Assembly: GCA_001512485.1 (NCBI GenBank)
Contig: LFRV01000074.1
Coordinates: forward strand, 38,774-102,773
DNA from: Clostridiales bacterium DTU069
Lineage (GTDB): Bacteria; Bacillota; Clostridia; DSM-8532
DNA: 64,000 nucleotides
Reading direction: 5' to 3'
Part shown: one piece after another, positions 55,393-63,419 of the stretch
Numbering within the stretch: the first letter of the stretch is position 1
Layout of the letters: each line of letters begins with the position of its first letter
Notes under the pieces: generated by a model
What the model saw: the letters and a program-made list of their open reading frames with translations, nothing else
The model's database searches: none
What the model was told of the DNA's origin: nothing
Position numbers and translations under genes: made by a program

Positions 55393-57045
55393 TCAGTCAC
55401 CCCATACCTTGTTAAATAACCTGTATAAAACTGTCGCAGCTTCCGCCCTTGTCATTTTCTCCTTAGGAAGCAGCTTTCCTCCCGCACCGATAATAATTTT
55501 TTCCTCGACCAGAACAGCAGCGCTCTCCAAAGCTTCAGCAGACACAAGACTTGCATCCGAAAACTCATTCAGCATATCATAATTTTGATACTCAGCCTGC
55601 CCCGCATCCGGCTTTGCGTATTTCAATGCCGAAGCAGTGAACATCATCATTTCTTCTCTTGTTATAGGAGCCCTTGGTCTGAAGAGATTTCCGTCCGCTT
55701 TAACAATACCTGTCTTTTTTGCTATCCCCACCGTATGATAAAAATAATCGTCAGGCGTAACATCGTCAAAATTAGTCTCCACTGTGGTCGTTATACCCAG
55801 CATTCTCACGAGCAGTGTAACGTAATCGGCACGAGTTATGTCATACTGGTACCCGAACAAATTGTTGGGAAGTCCTTTGATAATACCGCGGGAGGCCATC
55901 ACGTCCACATATTTTCGCGACCAGTGATCTATAACATCGTCAAAGGTTTTCTTAACAAAAGTTACGGCGAACGTACCAAAATAGTTTGTCGCAAAGCTTA
56001 CGACTTTTTGCTGATTATTATATACTCCCGTTTCAACAGGTTTTGCATTTCCTTCTGCATCAATATGCCATACAACAATATGTTCAAAGTCCGCTGCTTC
56101 TTCCACAGTTGGATCGTATGGTATCGCCGCGCGGACAAAAGCATTTGGATTACTCAATGTAATCGCATTTCCGTTTACGTCAATTTGTATTGTGATAACA
56201 GGCCTGCTGCCTATCTGTTCTTTCAGCGCCTCATTAAAATTACCGGTATCCGCGATACCTATTTTTATTGAAGCATATTCCGCATTATGCGCCATTTCAC
56301 CCGTAAGTATGTTCCCGGGGATCCGGACAGTCCCTAAAGGGGTCATTATTATATAAAAGGTTTCCGGAATCGGGTTTGACAGTGCCTGTACGGGAAATCT
56401 CTGAACATATTCTTTGGCATCCCCGGTTTGCAATATTTCTATTTCAATTGTCTTTATCCCTGATGAATCGGCCTGTACTTCCGATAACAAACCTTCGATT
56501 TGTGTCATTGACAATATCGCGGTCGCTGTCCCGGTTTCCTCGTCCATTACCGGTTCCAGTACCAGATTGGCTCTGCGAACCGCCACAGAAATCGATTTGC
56601 CCGACATATATGTTTGTGATGACAATTTTGAATCCACCGTTCTGAACGACTCAAGTTTGATTGAAGCCATGCCCGATGCTTTCCCCCGGAAAGTAATCGT
56701 ACTGAGTTTCATGTTTCCGTTCTCGCCATCCACATCTCCCACTTTTGTAAAAGCAATGTATGCCTTATCTCCTTCTATCTTCGGAGAAACGGAAAAACCG
56801 TTTATTAACGATACTGTCTTTATTAATTCAAGTTTTTCGCTGTCAAACGACAAAACCGCCTCGTAAGCATAAAGGTCATTCAGATTAATCCCATCCAGGG
56901 AAATATTTATAATAGAGCTTCCTGCACCGGCACTGTCCGCCGCGGATATTGAAAAAACTGTCTCCGCGGCAAAACTCACGTTCGGGCTGGTCACTGTCAT
57001 GGAAGTCAGAACGGCCATAAGCACGTATACAACAAAACGTTTCAT
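55393..57045 (-). CDS. Cell-surface anchoring protein: signal peptide, one cohesin-like module, a ~210-aa spacer domain and three SLH repeats
   Basis: 550 aa counted from the ATG with an AAGGAGGA RBS. It has the cohesin-like FSISAADSAGAGSSIINISLDGINLNDLYAYEAVLSFDSEKLELI and C-terminal SLH repeats (FDDVIDHWSRKYVDVMASRGIIKG; FDDVTPDDYFYHTVGIAKKTGIV; FSDASLVSAEALESAAVLVEEKII). Confidence 0.75.
   Translation of the reverse strand: MKRFVVYVLMAVLTSMTVTSPNVSFAAETVFSISAADSAGAGSSIINISLDGINLNDLYAYEAVLSFDSEKLELIKTVSLINGFSVSPKIEGDKAYIAFTKVGDVDGENGNMKLSTITFRGKASGMASIKLESFRTVDSKLSSQTYMSGKSISVAVRRANLVLEPVMDEETGTATAILSMTQIEGLLSEVQADSSGIKTIEIEILQTGDAKEYVQRFPVQALSNPIPETFYIIMTPLGTVRIPGNILTGEMAHNAEYASIKIGIADTGNFNEALKEQIGSRPVITIQIDVNGNAITLSNPNAFVRAAIPYDPTVEEAADFEHIVVWHIDAEGNAKPVETGVYNNQQKVVSFATNYFGTFAVTFVKKTFDDVIDHWSRKYVDVMASRGIIKGLPNNLFGYQYDITRADYVTLLVRMLGITTTVETNFDDVTPDDYFYHTVGIAKKTGIVKADGNLFRPRAPITREEMMMFTASALKYAKPDAGQAEYQNYDMLNEFSDASLVSAEALESAAVLVEEKIIIGAGGKLLPKEKMTRAEAATVLYRLFNKVWGD
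55396..55947 (-). other. Module: three S-layer homology (SLH) repeats of the anchor protein
   Basis: The C-terminal 184 aa contain three repeats beginning F(D/S)D(V/A), each followed by a helical G-I-hydrophobic pattern. Confidence 0.75.
56581..56964 (-). other. Module: cohesin-like domain of the anchor protein
   Basis: aa ~28-155, with a beta-rich alternating pattern, L.FD...LELI and ITFRGKASG. Boundaries are approximate. Confidence 0.6.
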
Positions 57046-57074
57046 GAAGAATCCTCCTTTTTTTGTCATTCCCG

Positions 57075-58550
57075 CTACGGTTGTTCCAGTATCTTTTTTG
57101 CTATAAATATGATATCGAGAATATCCACTATGCCATCCGGTTTTCCGTTTTTCCCTGTAACATCACAGTGTCTTGCCTGTTCCCATTCTGGATCTCCTGC
57201 CTGGGTCATGTAATTATATGCAGCTATCGCCAAATCTCCTGCATTAATAACACCATCGTAATTTACATCTCCCAATATACCGGGAATTCCGGTTATGGTT
57301 ATTCCCTGGGATGTGTTTCCGTCAGAATCCATAGTTTTCAAAACAAACTGATATACCTCTCCATTAATAAGGTCCGGAATAGTTATACTCTGCTGGCCTT
57401 TTGCGACGATATACGAGTCTGTTTCGTTTACTATCACCAAAATCCGGTCATATTCGTTACCGGGAGGGTCTATCCATGCCAGCGATATTGCGGAATTCCC
57501 GGGAAGTACTATAACATCCGATACTTCGGGAAGAGTAATTCGGGATATCGTTATATTGATGGAATTAGAGGCAACAGGGATCTGTTCACCGGGAGGAGCA
57601 GTTCCTGCTAAAGCCCGTTCAAGCCGGAAACAGCCGGTATAATTCTCCATTGCATTCTCCGCTTTAAAATTCAGTGTAATCATGCGAATTCCCTGCCCCG
57701 TTATCGGCACGCCATTACCGGCAACAAATATCCTTACGCTTCCTTCGGAGTTGTCGTCCACACGAACAACTGTGATATTCTCCGGTCCGTCATAACATAA
57801 ATACTGAAAGTAATCAGCATCATACTCCAGAACCGCTTGAATCGCATATATATCGGTACGTGAAGCATATACATCCATAGTGACCGAAAAGCTTTGCCCG
57901 CTTTTTACTGCTACGGGACCACTAAGATGAATTCTTATCCCTGCCTCGGGAACTGACGTGATCTCCACACCCTCGGATTCATTCCCGGAAGTGTCCAGCG
58001 CGGTAATGACAAAACGGTACTCTGTTCCATTATCAAGGCCATCGATTAATAACCGCTCCACTCCCTTATCGACATCAATAACTCCGTTTGGACCTGTTAT
58101 TCGAATTCGATCCAAATCGTTGTCAACCGGATCATTCCATTTCAACAAAACACATCCGTCGTCCGGTATCCCATATGCATTTGATACCGGGCCAGGTGGT
58201 GTCTCATCCCGTGGAATACCGAAAACAACTGTTTCATCCAGAATAACCCCCGTGTCGCTTATAATTGATAACCGAAACGAATATTCTATCCCGTTTATAA
58301 GATCAGCAAAAACCGCCTGTTGAACTCCCTTTTCGACATACACCGTTTTTCCTGCGCCGGTAATTTTGACCCGGGCAAAAAAGCTGTTATCAGGATCCTG
58401 CCACTGTAACGTGATCTGCCCATCCGATTCAATTACAGAGACATCTGTATCGGAAATGCCTGCTCCGGCGGAAGAAGGATTTATAAAGGTTATTATAAGA
58501 ATGAGCATCAGGAACATACCGGTCTTTTTATATAAATTTCTTTTTTGCAT
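57075..58550 (-). CDS. Adaptor-type protein: signal peptide, two Fn3-like modules, a cohesin-like module, a third Fn3-like module and a C-terminal dockerin
   Basis: 491 aa counted from the ATG with a GAGGTGA RBS. The Fn3-like repeats share the pattern W.DP...(D/F).R(I/V).(I/V)...KG.Q...(I/F).DL.NG.EY.F. The cohesin-like segment is SGPVAVKSGQSFSVTMDVYASRTDIYAIQAVLEYDADYFQY. The dockerin is GDVNYDGVINAGDLAIAAY...CDVTGKNGKPDGIVDILDIIFIAKKIL. Confidence 0.75.
   Translation of the reverse strand: MQKRNLYKKTGMFLMLILIITFINPSSAGAGISDTDVSVIESDGQITLQWQDPDNSFFARVKITGAGKTVYVEKGVQQAVFADLINGIEYSFRLSIISDTGVILDETVVFGIPRDETPPGPVSNAYGIPDDGCVLLKWNDPVDNDLDRIRITGPNGVIDVDKGVERLLIDGLDNGTEYRFVITALDTSGNESEGVEITSVPEAGIRIHLSGPVAVKSGQSFSVTMDVYASRTDIYAIQAVLEYDADYFQYLCYDGPENITVVRVDDNSEGSVRIFVAGNGVPITGQGIRMITLNFKAENAMENYTGCFRLERALAGTAPPGEQIPVASNSINITISRITLPEVSDVIVLPGNSAISLAWIDPPGNEYDRILVIVNETDSYIVAKGQQSITIPDLINGEVYQFVLKTMDSDGNTSQGITITGIPGILGDVNYDGVINAGDLAIAAYNYMTQAGDPEWEQARHCDVTGKNGKPDGIVDILDIIFIAKKILEQP
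57078..57272 (-). other. Module: dockerin of the adaptor protein
   Basis: Two Ca-binding-loop-plus-helix segments are present (DVNYDGVINAGDLAIAAY; DVTGKNGKPDGIVDILDIIFIAKKI). The second loop carries a 5-residue insertion. Confidence 0.7.
57540..57944 (-). other. Module: cohesin-like domain of the adaptor protein
   Basis: aa ~203-337 of the 491-aa protein. Boundaries are approximate. Confidence 0.6.
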
Positions 58551-58617
58551 AGATTTCACCTCTGAATATGAGAACTTGTCCATAATTACCGCTTTATTTG
58601 TAATTTATTGAATAAAC

Positions 58618-58646
58618 TAAATATCACTGTCTCCTGCAATATGCAA
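58618..58646 (-). promoter_or_regulatory. Candidate sigma-A promoter for the adaptor-anchor gene pair (TTGCAT-17-TATTTA)
   Basis: Hexamer match about 70 nt upstream of the adaptor ATG. Confidence 0.3.
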
Positions 58647-58705
58647 GGATAAAATTAAACCAAGAAACGTGTACTTTTTCAGGCTGTTTGCATTACCTGA
58701 TAATG

Positions 58706-58737
58706 ATATGGGCAGAATTTTAAATTCTGCCCATATC
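58706..58737 (-). terminator. Hairpin after the GH10 enzyme gene (terminator-like, poor U tract)
   Basis: ATATGGGCAGAATTT ta AAATTCTGCCCATAT is a perfect 15-bp palindromic stem, 17 nt downstream of the stop. Confidence 0.45.
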
Positions 58738-58753
58738 AATAATAATTATCTGT

Positions 58754-61700
58754 TTAATCAATAATGCTTCTTGCGATAATTGCAAGGTCTATAATGTCAA
58801 CAATACCGTCATTGTTCACATCGGCTATTTGTGCCTGCGGCCAGTTTTCGCTGGAACTGTCGGCGTGGTAATAATATGCCGCTATAGCCAGGTCTCCAAT
58901 GTCGATACTATCGTTACCGTTCAGATCCCCAATAAGTACGGTTACGGTACAAGTTGCCGTCTTACCGCCGTCTTCGGTGGTGACCGTAATGATTGCTTCC
59001 CCGTTTCCAACCGCGGTAACTACGCCGTCTTCCACAACAGCAACATCCGTATTGCTTGAAGACCAGGTTACATTCTTATTCGTCGCGTTTGCCGGCTCAA
59101 CGGTGGCGGTAAGCTGTGCGCTTTGACCAATTTTTGTCAGGTACAGGCTCGTTTTGTCAAGGCTTACACCTTCAACAGGAACTGTTGTATCAATGGTAAC
59201 AGTGACCGTACAGTCAGCGGTAAATCCACCATCCTCGGTAGTAACGGTTATAACCGCTGTTCCTTCACCAACCGCAGTGACAACACCGTTATCAACCACA
59301 GCGACGCTTGGGTTGCTTGTAGACCATGTTACATTCTTGTTTGTCGCGTCGGCGGGTTCAACAGTCGCTGTTAGAGTTTTGCTCTGACCTATCTCGCTTA
59401 ATGTCAGGGTTGTTTTGTCGAGACTTACTCCTGTTACAGGAATACCCGAAACGGATACCGACAATATGCCGCCGGAAGCCTTAATTACCGTTCCTTCCGG
59501 AGCAACACCCAATTCCGCCGATGATACCGAGATTACACCGGTTTGACCAATAGCTTCGGAGGCCTGGAATTTCAGTTTAAACAGAGAATCATTTCCGGTA
59601 AGCGCATCCGTATTGAATGCAATAATACGCAGTATTCCAGGCTCCAATTCAGTTTCTTCGTTAGGAACTATTATCTCAACGTCTTCGGCCGCTTCCACAT
59701 CCAAAAGGGTAAACAACTGCGAATTGTACGTAATAACGATATCTTCCGCGTATACATTACCACACACGTTTTCCATATCCACTTCTACGATAAACTCACT
59801 GCCAGACTGTATTTCAGCTGCCCCCTTCAATACCACCGCATTCTCAAGAGCACTTGCAACCGTCACCTGGGCTGTTGCCTTTTCTACGCAGCCTTCAATT
59901 TTACCTTGCACCGTAAATACTCCGGGGCTTGCATAGCTCTGCGGATCTATCTCATCCCATACGACTGCCCGCTCTTCCGGAACAATCCCGGTATCGTTGT
60001 GGTTTACGGATACGATCACTGTTTCAGGCAGTACGGGAGCAACCCCAGGAACCGTTTCAACCGCAACGTCTTCAATGCCTCTGATTTTGCTCTTTGAGAA
60101 GAACCAGTCTATCAGCATGCCGTGTTCCGGGTCAACATATTCATTATATGCCGGCAGCCATGAGCAATGCGGATCAAATACCCATCCGTTGTAAGGAGGA
60201 TTATTAAGTTTATTTTCGGGGAAAACTGTCAGCATCGAGTCGTTCCAATATTGACTGTAGGTATTATAAGTATTGACAACCATGCCATATAGAAAATCAT
60301 CGTCATCGACAAAGGTCCAAAGAGGCAGATAGGCCACCTTCAGTGCGTTTTCCACGTTTCCGGGTCCGCCGGCAGGACATATCGGCGCGGCTGCCGCAGG
60401 GACGTCGGGGAAATTCTGGAGGAAGGTCCAGGTAGCTCCTCCGCCCATCGAGAACCCGGTTATATAGATACGGTTAGGATCAACTTTACCGTCGGCTATC
60501 CATGTATCTACAAGCGCTTTTACTTTTTGCATTGCTGCGGCGGTAGTCGCATTGCGCGGGGCAAGAACATGGCACGGATACCTGGCCTGGTTTTCGGGGT
60601 TTGCCCAAACGGTACCGCCGTTGCTGAAACGGATAGGCGTGTATATATCATTCCCCTGTCCGCCGCCGTGATTGAAAATTACGAGTGGAAGCGGTTCATC
60701 AATTTCATCGTTCCAGAAATAACTGTAATCCAGTCCGTCATAATTTGCGTATTTAAACTTATCAAGCACAGGGCTTACAACACCGGTCTGAACAAATGCT
60801 TCAGGTATAATTTGGGTCCCGTCTGCACAGTCTATATGAGTACCGCTGAAGGTAATTGTGTACTGTGAATCAAATGTATATCCCCCGTCATTTGTGTATC
60901 CGCCGTCATCCCATCCTACGTCAGGAAAGTCAATAACAATATATTGTCCCGTATCGGAAGGATAACCCACATCATTCACTTTGCTTACATAAACGTCAAT
61001 TATTTCGCGCGGTCCGTCATACCAGACATAGCTCGGGTCCACTATTCTTGTGGCGCGTACATGCGCGCTCCAGTCGGAAATATTCAAAGAGGAGCCGATT
61101 ACTTCTTTTTTTGCGTCTATGATCAATGCGTCTGTGCGCTCATGGAAGGCGAAGTTTTCATTTCTGAGTATAAACGGTAGTTTGGAATAATCTTCTTTAA
61201 TCAACAGCGGAACAGCTTTCGATGCGAGAAGTATGTCTCCATCATATACATCGACAATAATCCTGTACTGTCCTGCTTCAAGAGTTTCGGAGATTGAAAC
61301 CGTTCCGGTGCCGTTTATTAGCTGAAACTCATCGCTGTACTTAATGCCGTCTTTCTCCAGGCAGGCAATAACATTATAATTCCCGATACCCTCGGCAGTT
61401 GCGTTAACGGTGATATCGGCCGGATCACCGGCAAATATTTCACCGGGGTCCGCTGAAATAGTCAAGTCATAAAGTGAACGCGGCGTAAGGCCTTTTTCCA
61501 TCAAATAGCCGCTTGGATCAAGAACCGCATAGAACGCTTCTTTTGCGGCAAATGTGCGATCAAACAACTGTGGGCTGTAATCACCGCGCCAGCTTCTGTT
61601 ATCTGAGTGGCCCCAAAAGGTTACTCGTGTGATGTGTGCATCATAGGCCTTGTAATATTCAAACAGACGAGCATAATAGATGGCCTGTTCTACCTGTTGT

Positions 61701-63178
61701 TCGTATGTAAGGATTGGAGAAGTCGGCCCATTATAATGGCCTACGGGAACATCAAGTTCGGACGCGGTAATCCTGACTCCGGCTTTAATAAAACGTTGAA
61801 TGGTTTTTTCAATTTCGGAAACATCCGGATGCTCAGTATGGTGGTGAGACTGCATACCAAGTCCTTCAATCAGTTTGCGGCTGGGGTCGGTATTGCGCGG
61901 ATCGGTTTTCCATTTTTCGTTCAGTTCTTCAGCCATCAGCGCCATTGCTTCCCGTTTCCAGTCATCTGTTTCATTATAATCGTTGTATTCAAGCACTGCG
62001 TTCGGGTCTGCGAGGCGCGCAAAGACAAACGCGTCGTAGATATAGTCTGCCCCGCTTTCGCCCTTTGTTGTATCGGCTCCGTTTTCATAGGCTCTGTACC
62101 ATGGGGAGCCCTTTCTTAAGACGTCTCTCCAATCATCGAACGGAAGAGAACCGCCGTCGAAAGCCTCGTTAACAACATCCCACGAAATAACTTTACCGGC
62201 ATAGTAACCTGCGACATTGCTGATAAATTCCTCCATGTTTTCACGGGCTTCTTCACGGGTAACAGGAGTTTTGTCAGGGTTATTCGTCAGCCAGCTTGCA
62301 GATTGAGAATGCCACACCAATGTGTGCCCATGAAGCAGGAGCCCATTCTCCTGAGCCCAGGTAACAATCGGTTCGGCGCCCGAAAAGTCATATTGGCCTT
62401 TTCCGCTGCTGAGATACATCGGTTTCATACTGTTTTCCGCCGTGACGACATTGTAATGAAGTTTATACATTGCGGTAGTATCGGCATCCATTTGATGGGG
62501 CGATATTACATTTCCAATCATGAAACTGTCCTTATATGCTTCTGCGAGTGAAGGCAGCGTAAGATCCCACTCAGGACGTACGATTACGATATTGTCAATA
62601 TACCAGGCATCAGGGTGGCTTGATTCACTGTCTCCCCAAAACCGGAAATCAATGCTCCTAATGTCCTCTGTCATTACAGGTGTACTGACGCTAAGCGTTC
62701 TCCAGGTGTCCATCTGTATAAATCCTGAGCTCCATGGGCTTGATGGAAGGTTATATTCTGTATTCGAGTAATCACCGTTTAATACAATCCCAAGTCCCAA
62801 CATCCATGATTTGTTTTGGTTTAGCTCAGAAGGAACATAATAGGATACCCGGATATCATAACTTGCGCCTGCGGGCAGAGGCTCGGGCAGATTCAGCCGT
62901 ATTGCGTTGTCGGCATTAGCGTAGCTCTCTCCGTCGATGTGGTTTGCGCGAAGAACAAAATCATCATCAAAACCCATGCCGCTGCCACTGTCCCAAACGA
63001 CTTCGGAAGCTGATGACGGGACAAACCAGGTTTCCTGTTCAAGTTTTTCAGCAGGAGTAAAAGTGAACTTATACAACTCATTAGAGGCAAATACCGGAAT
63101 TGAAATAAATAATCCAAATAAAAGAACAGCGGTTAAAACCAGCGAAACGCCGGATTTTAATAAATGTTTTTTGTACAT
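58754..63178 (-). CDS. Multimodular secreted enzyme: CBM22-like module, GH10 xylanase, Ig-like modules, alpha/beta-hydrolase carbohydrate esterase, Big_4-like module, cohesin-like module, two Big_2 modules and a dockerin
   Basis: 1474-aa ORF with an AAAGGAGGAG RBS and a signal peptide. GH10 catalytic motifs WDVVNEAF and ITASELDV are present, as are the esterase motifs VIFNHGGG and the GFSMGG nucleophile elbow. The C terminus has a cohesin-like module, Big_2 repeats and the dockerin GDLNGNDSIDIGDLAIAAY...DVNNDGIVDIIDLAIIARSI. Confidence 0.85.
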   Translation of the reverse strand: MYKKHLLKSGVSLVLTAVLLFGLFISIPVFASNELYKFTFTPAEKLEQETWFVPSSASEVVWDSGSGMGFDDDFVLRANHIDGESYANADNAIRLNLPEPLPAGASYDIRVSYYVPSELNQNKSWMLGLGIVLNGDYSNTEYNLPSSPWSSGFIQMDTWRTLSVSTPVMTEDIRSIDFRFWGDSESSHPDAWYIDNIVIVRPEWDLTLPSLAEAYKDSFMIGNVISPHQMDADTTAMYKLHYNVVTAENSMKPMYLSSGKGQYDFSGAEPIVTWAQENGLLLHGHTLVWHSQSASWLTNNPDKTPVTREEARENMEEFISNVAGYYAGKVISWDVVNEAFDGGSLPFDDWRDVLRKGSPWYRAYENGADTTKGESGADYIYDAFVFARLADPNAVLEYNDYNETDDWKREAMALMAEELNEKWKTDPRNTDPSRKLIEGLGMQSHHHTEHPDVSEIEKTIQRFIKAGVRITASELDVPVGHYNGPTSPILTYEQQVEQAIYYARLFEYYKAYDAHITRVTFWGHSDNRSWRGDYSPQLFDRTFAAKEAFYAVLDPSGYLMEKGLTPRSLYDLTISADPGEIFAGDPADITVNATAEGIGNYNVIACLEKDGIKYSDEFQLINGTGTVSISETLEAGQYRIIVDVYDGDILLASKAVPLLIKEDYSKLPFILRNENFAFHERTDALIIDAKKEVIGSSLNISDWSAHVRATRIVDPSYVWYDGPREIIDVYVSKVNDVGYPSDTGQYIVIDFPDVGWDDGGYTNDGGYTFDSQYTITFSGTHIDCADGTQIIPEAFVQTGVVSPVLDKFKYANYDGLDYSYFWNDEIDEPLPLVIFNHGGGQGNDIYTPIRFSNGGTVWANPENQARYPCHVLAPRNATTAAAMQKVKALVDTWIADGKVDPNRIYITGFSMGGGATWTFLQNFPDVPAAAAPICPAGGPGNVENALKVAYLPLWTFVDDDDFLYGMVVNTYNTYSQYWNDSMLTVFPENKLNNPPYNGWVFDPHCSWLPAYNEYVDPEHGMLIDWFFSKSKIRGIEDVAVETVPGVAPVLPETVIVSVNHNDTGIVPEERAVVWDEIDPQSYASPGVFTVQGKIEGCVEKATAQVTVASALENAVVLKGAAEIQSGSEFIVEVDMENVCGNVYAEDIVITYNSQLFTLLDVEAAEDVEIIVPNEETELEPGILRIIAFNTDALTGNDSLFKLKFQASEAIGQTGVISVSSAELGVAPEGTVIKASGGILSVSVSGIPVTGVSLDKTTLTLSEIGQSKTLTATVEPADATNKNVTWSTSNPSVAVVDNGVVTAVGEGTAVITVTTEDGGFTADCTVTVTIDTTVPVEGVSLDKTSLYLTKIGQSAQLTATVEPANATNKNVTWSSSNTDVAVVEDGVVTAVGNGEAIITVTTEDGGKTATCTVTVLIGDLNGNDSIDIGDLAIAAYYYHADSSSENWPQAQIADVNNDGIVDIIDLAIIARSIID
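58757..58930 (-). other. Module: dockerin of the GH10 enzyme
   Basis: DLNGNDSIDIGDLAIAAY and DVNNDGIVDIIDLAIIARSI are separated by a 17-aa linker (YYHADSSSENWPQAQIA). Confidence 0.75.
58931..59437 (-). repeat. Tandem duplication encoding two Big_2 (bacterial Ig-like group 2) modules, period about 261 nt
   Basis: The protein repeats V(T/E)GVSLDKT.L.L..IGQS..LTATVEPA(D/N)ATNKNVTWS.SN..VAVV..GVVTAVG.G.A.ITVTTEDGG.TA.CTVTV are highly similar, and the DNA is visibly repeated. Confidence 0.85.
59438..59851 (-). other. Module: cohesin-like domain inside the GH10 enzyme
   Basis: VVLKGAAEIQSGSEFIVEVDMENVCGNVYAEDIVITYNSQLFTLLDVEAAEDVEII...LFKLKFQASEAIGQTGVISVSSAEL. Its pattern resembles the cohesin-like modules of the two downstream genes. 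Confidence 0.6.
60089..60766 (-). other. Module: alpha/beta-hydrolase esterase catalytic domain (Ser in GFSMGG at 60449-60451)
   Basis: aa ~805-1030 contain PLPLVIFNHGGG, RIYITGFSMGGGATW and FDPHCSW. The substrate (feruloyl or acetyl xylan) cannot be decided by eye. Confidence 0.65.
61514..62566 (-). other. Module: GH10 catalytic domain
   Basis: aa ~205-555, with acid/base Glu in WDVVNEA and nucleophile Glu in TASELD. Confidence 0.85.
62579..63082 (-). other. Module: N-terminal CBM22/CBM_4_9-like carbohydrate-binding module
   Basis: aa ~33-200 form a beta-sandwich-type sequence preceding GH10, as in many GH10 xylanases. The family assignment is tentative. Confidence 0.5.
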
Positions 63179-63419
63179 GATACTCCTCCTTTAAATATAT
63201 GTTTTTTAGGATTTGAAATAAAAGATTCACTGATCACGTATCCTGTTCACAATATCCCCCCCTTATGTGTGTTTTTTATTACATTTATATTTATTTCCCG
63301 GGTGCCGCTGGACTTGTAAGAATTAGTTTTGTTTGCATTTTAAAGTGTTTCTGACAATAATCTCAACTATTATATAGTGTCCAGGTAATATTGAAAGGTG
63401 AATAGGGCTAAGCACTCAT

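Noticed and set aside
54480-60097. Several 180-230-aa antisense ORFs inside the MCP, anchor, adaptor and GH10 genes (54480-55097, 55585-56271, 57063-57611, 59543-60097)
   Set aside because: They have no RBS and low-complexity or odd composition. The opposite strand in each case encodes recognisable domains.
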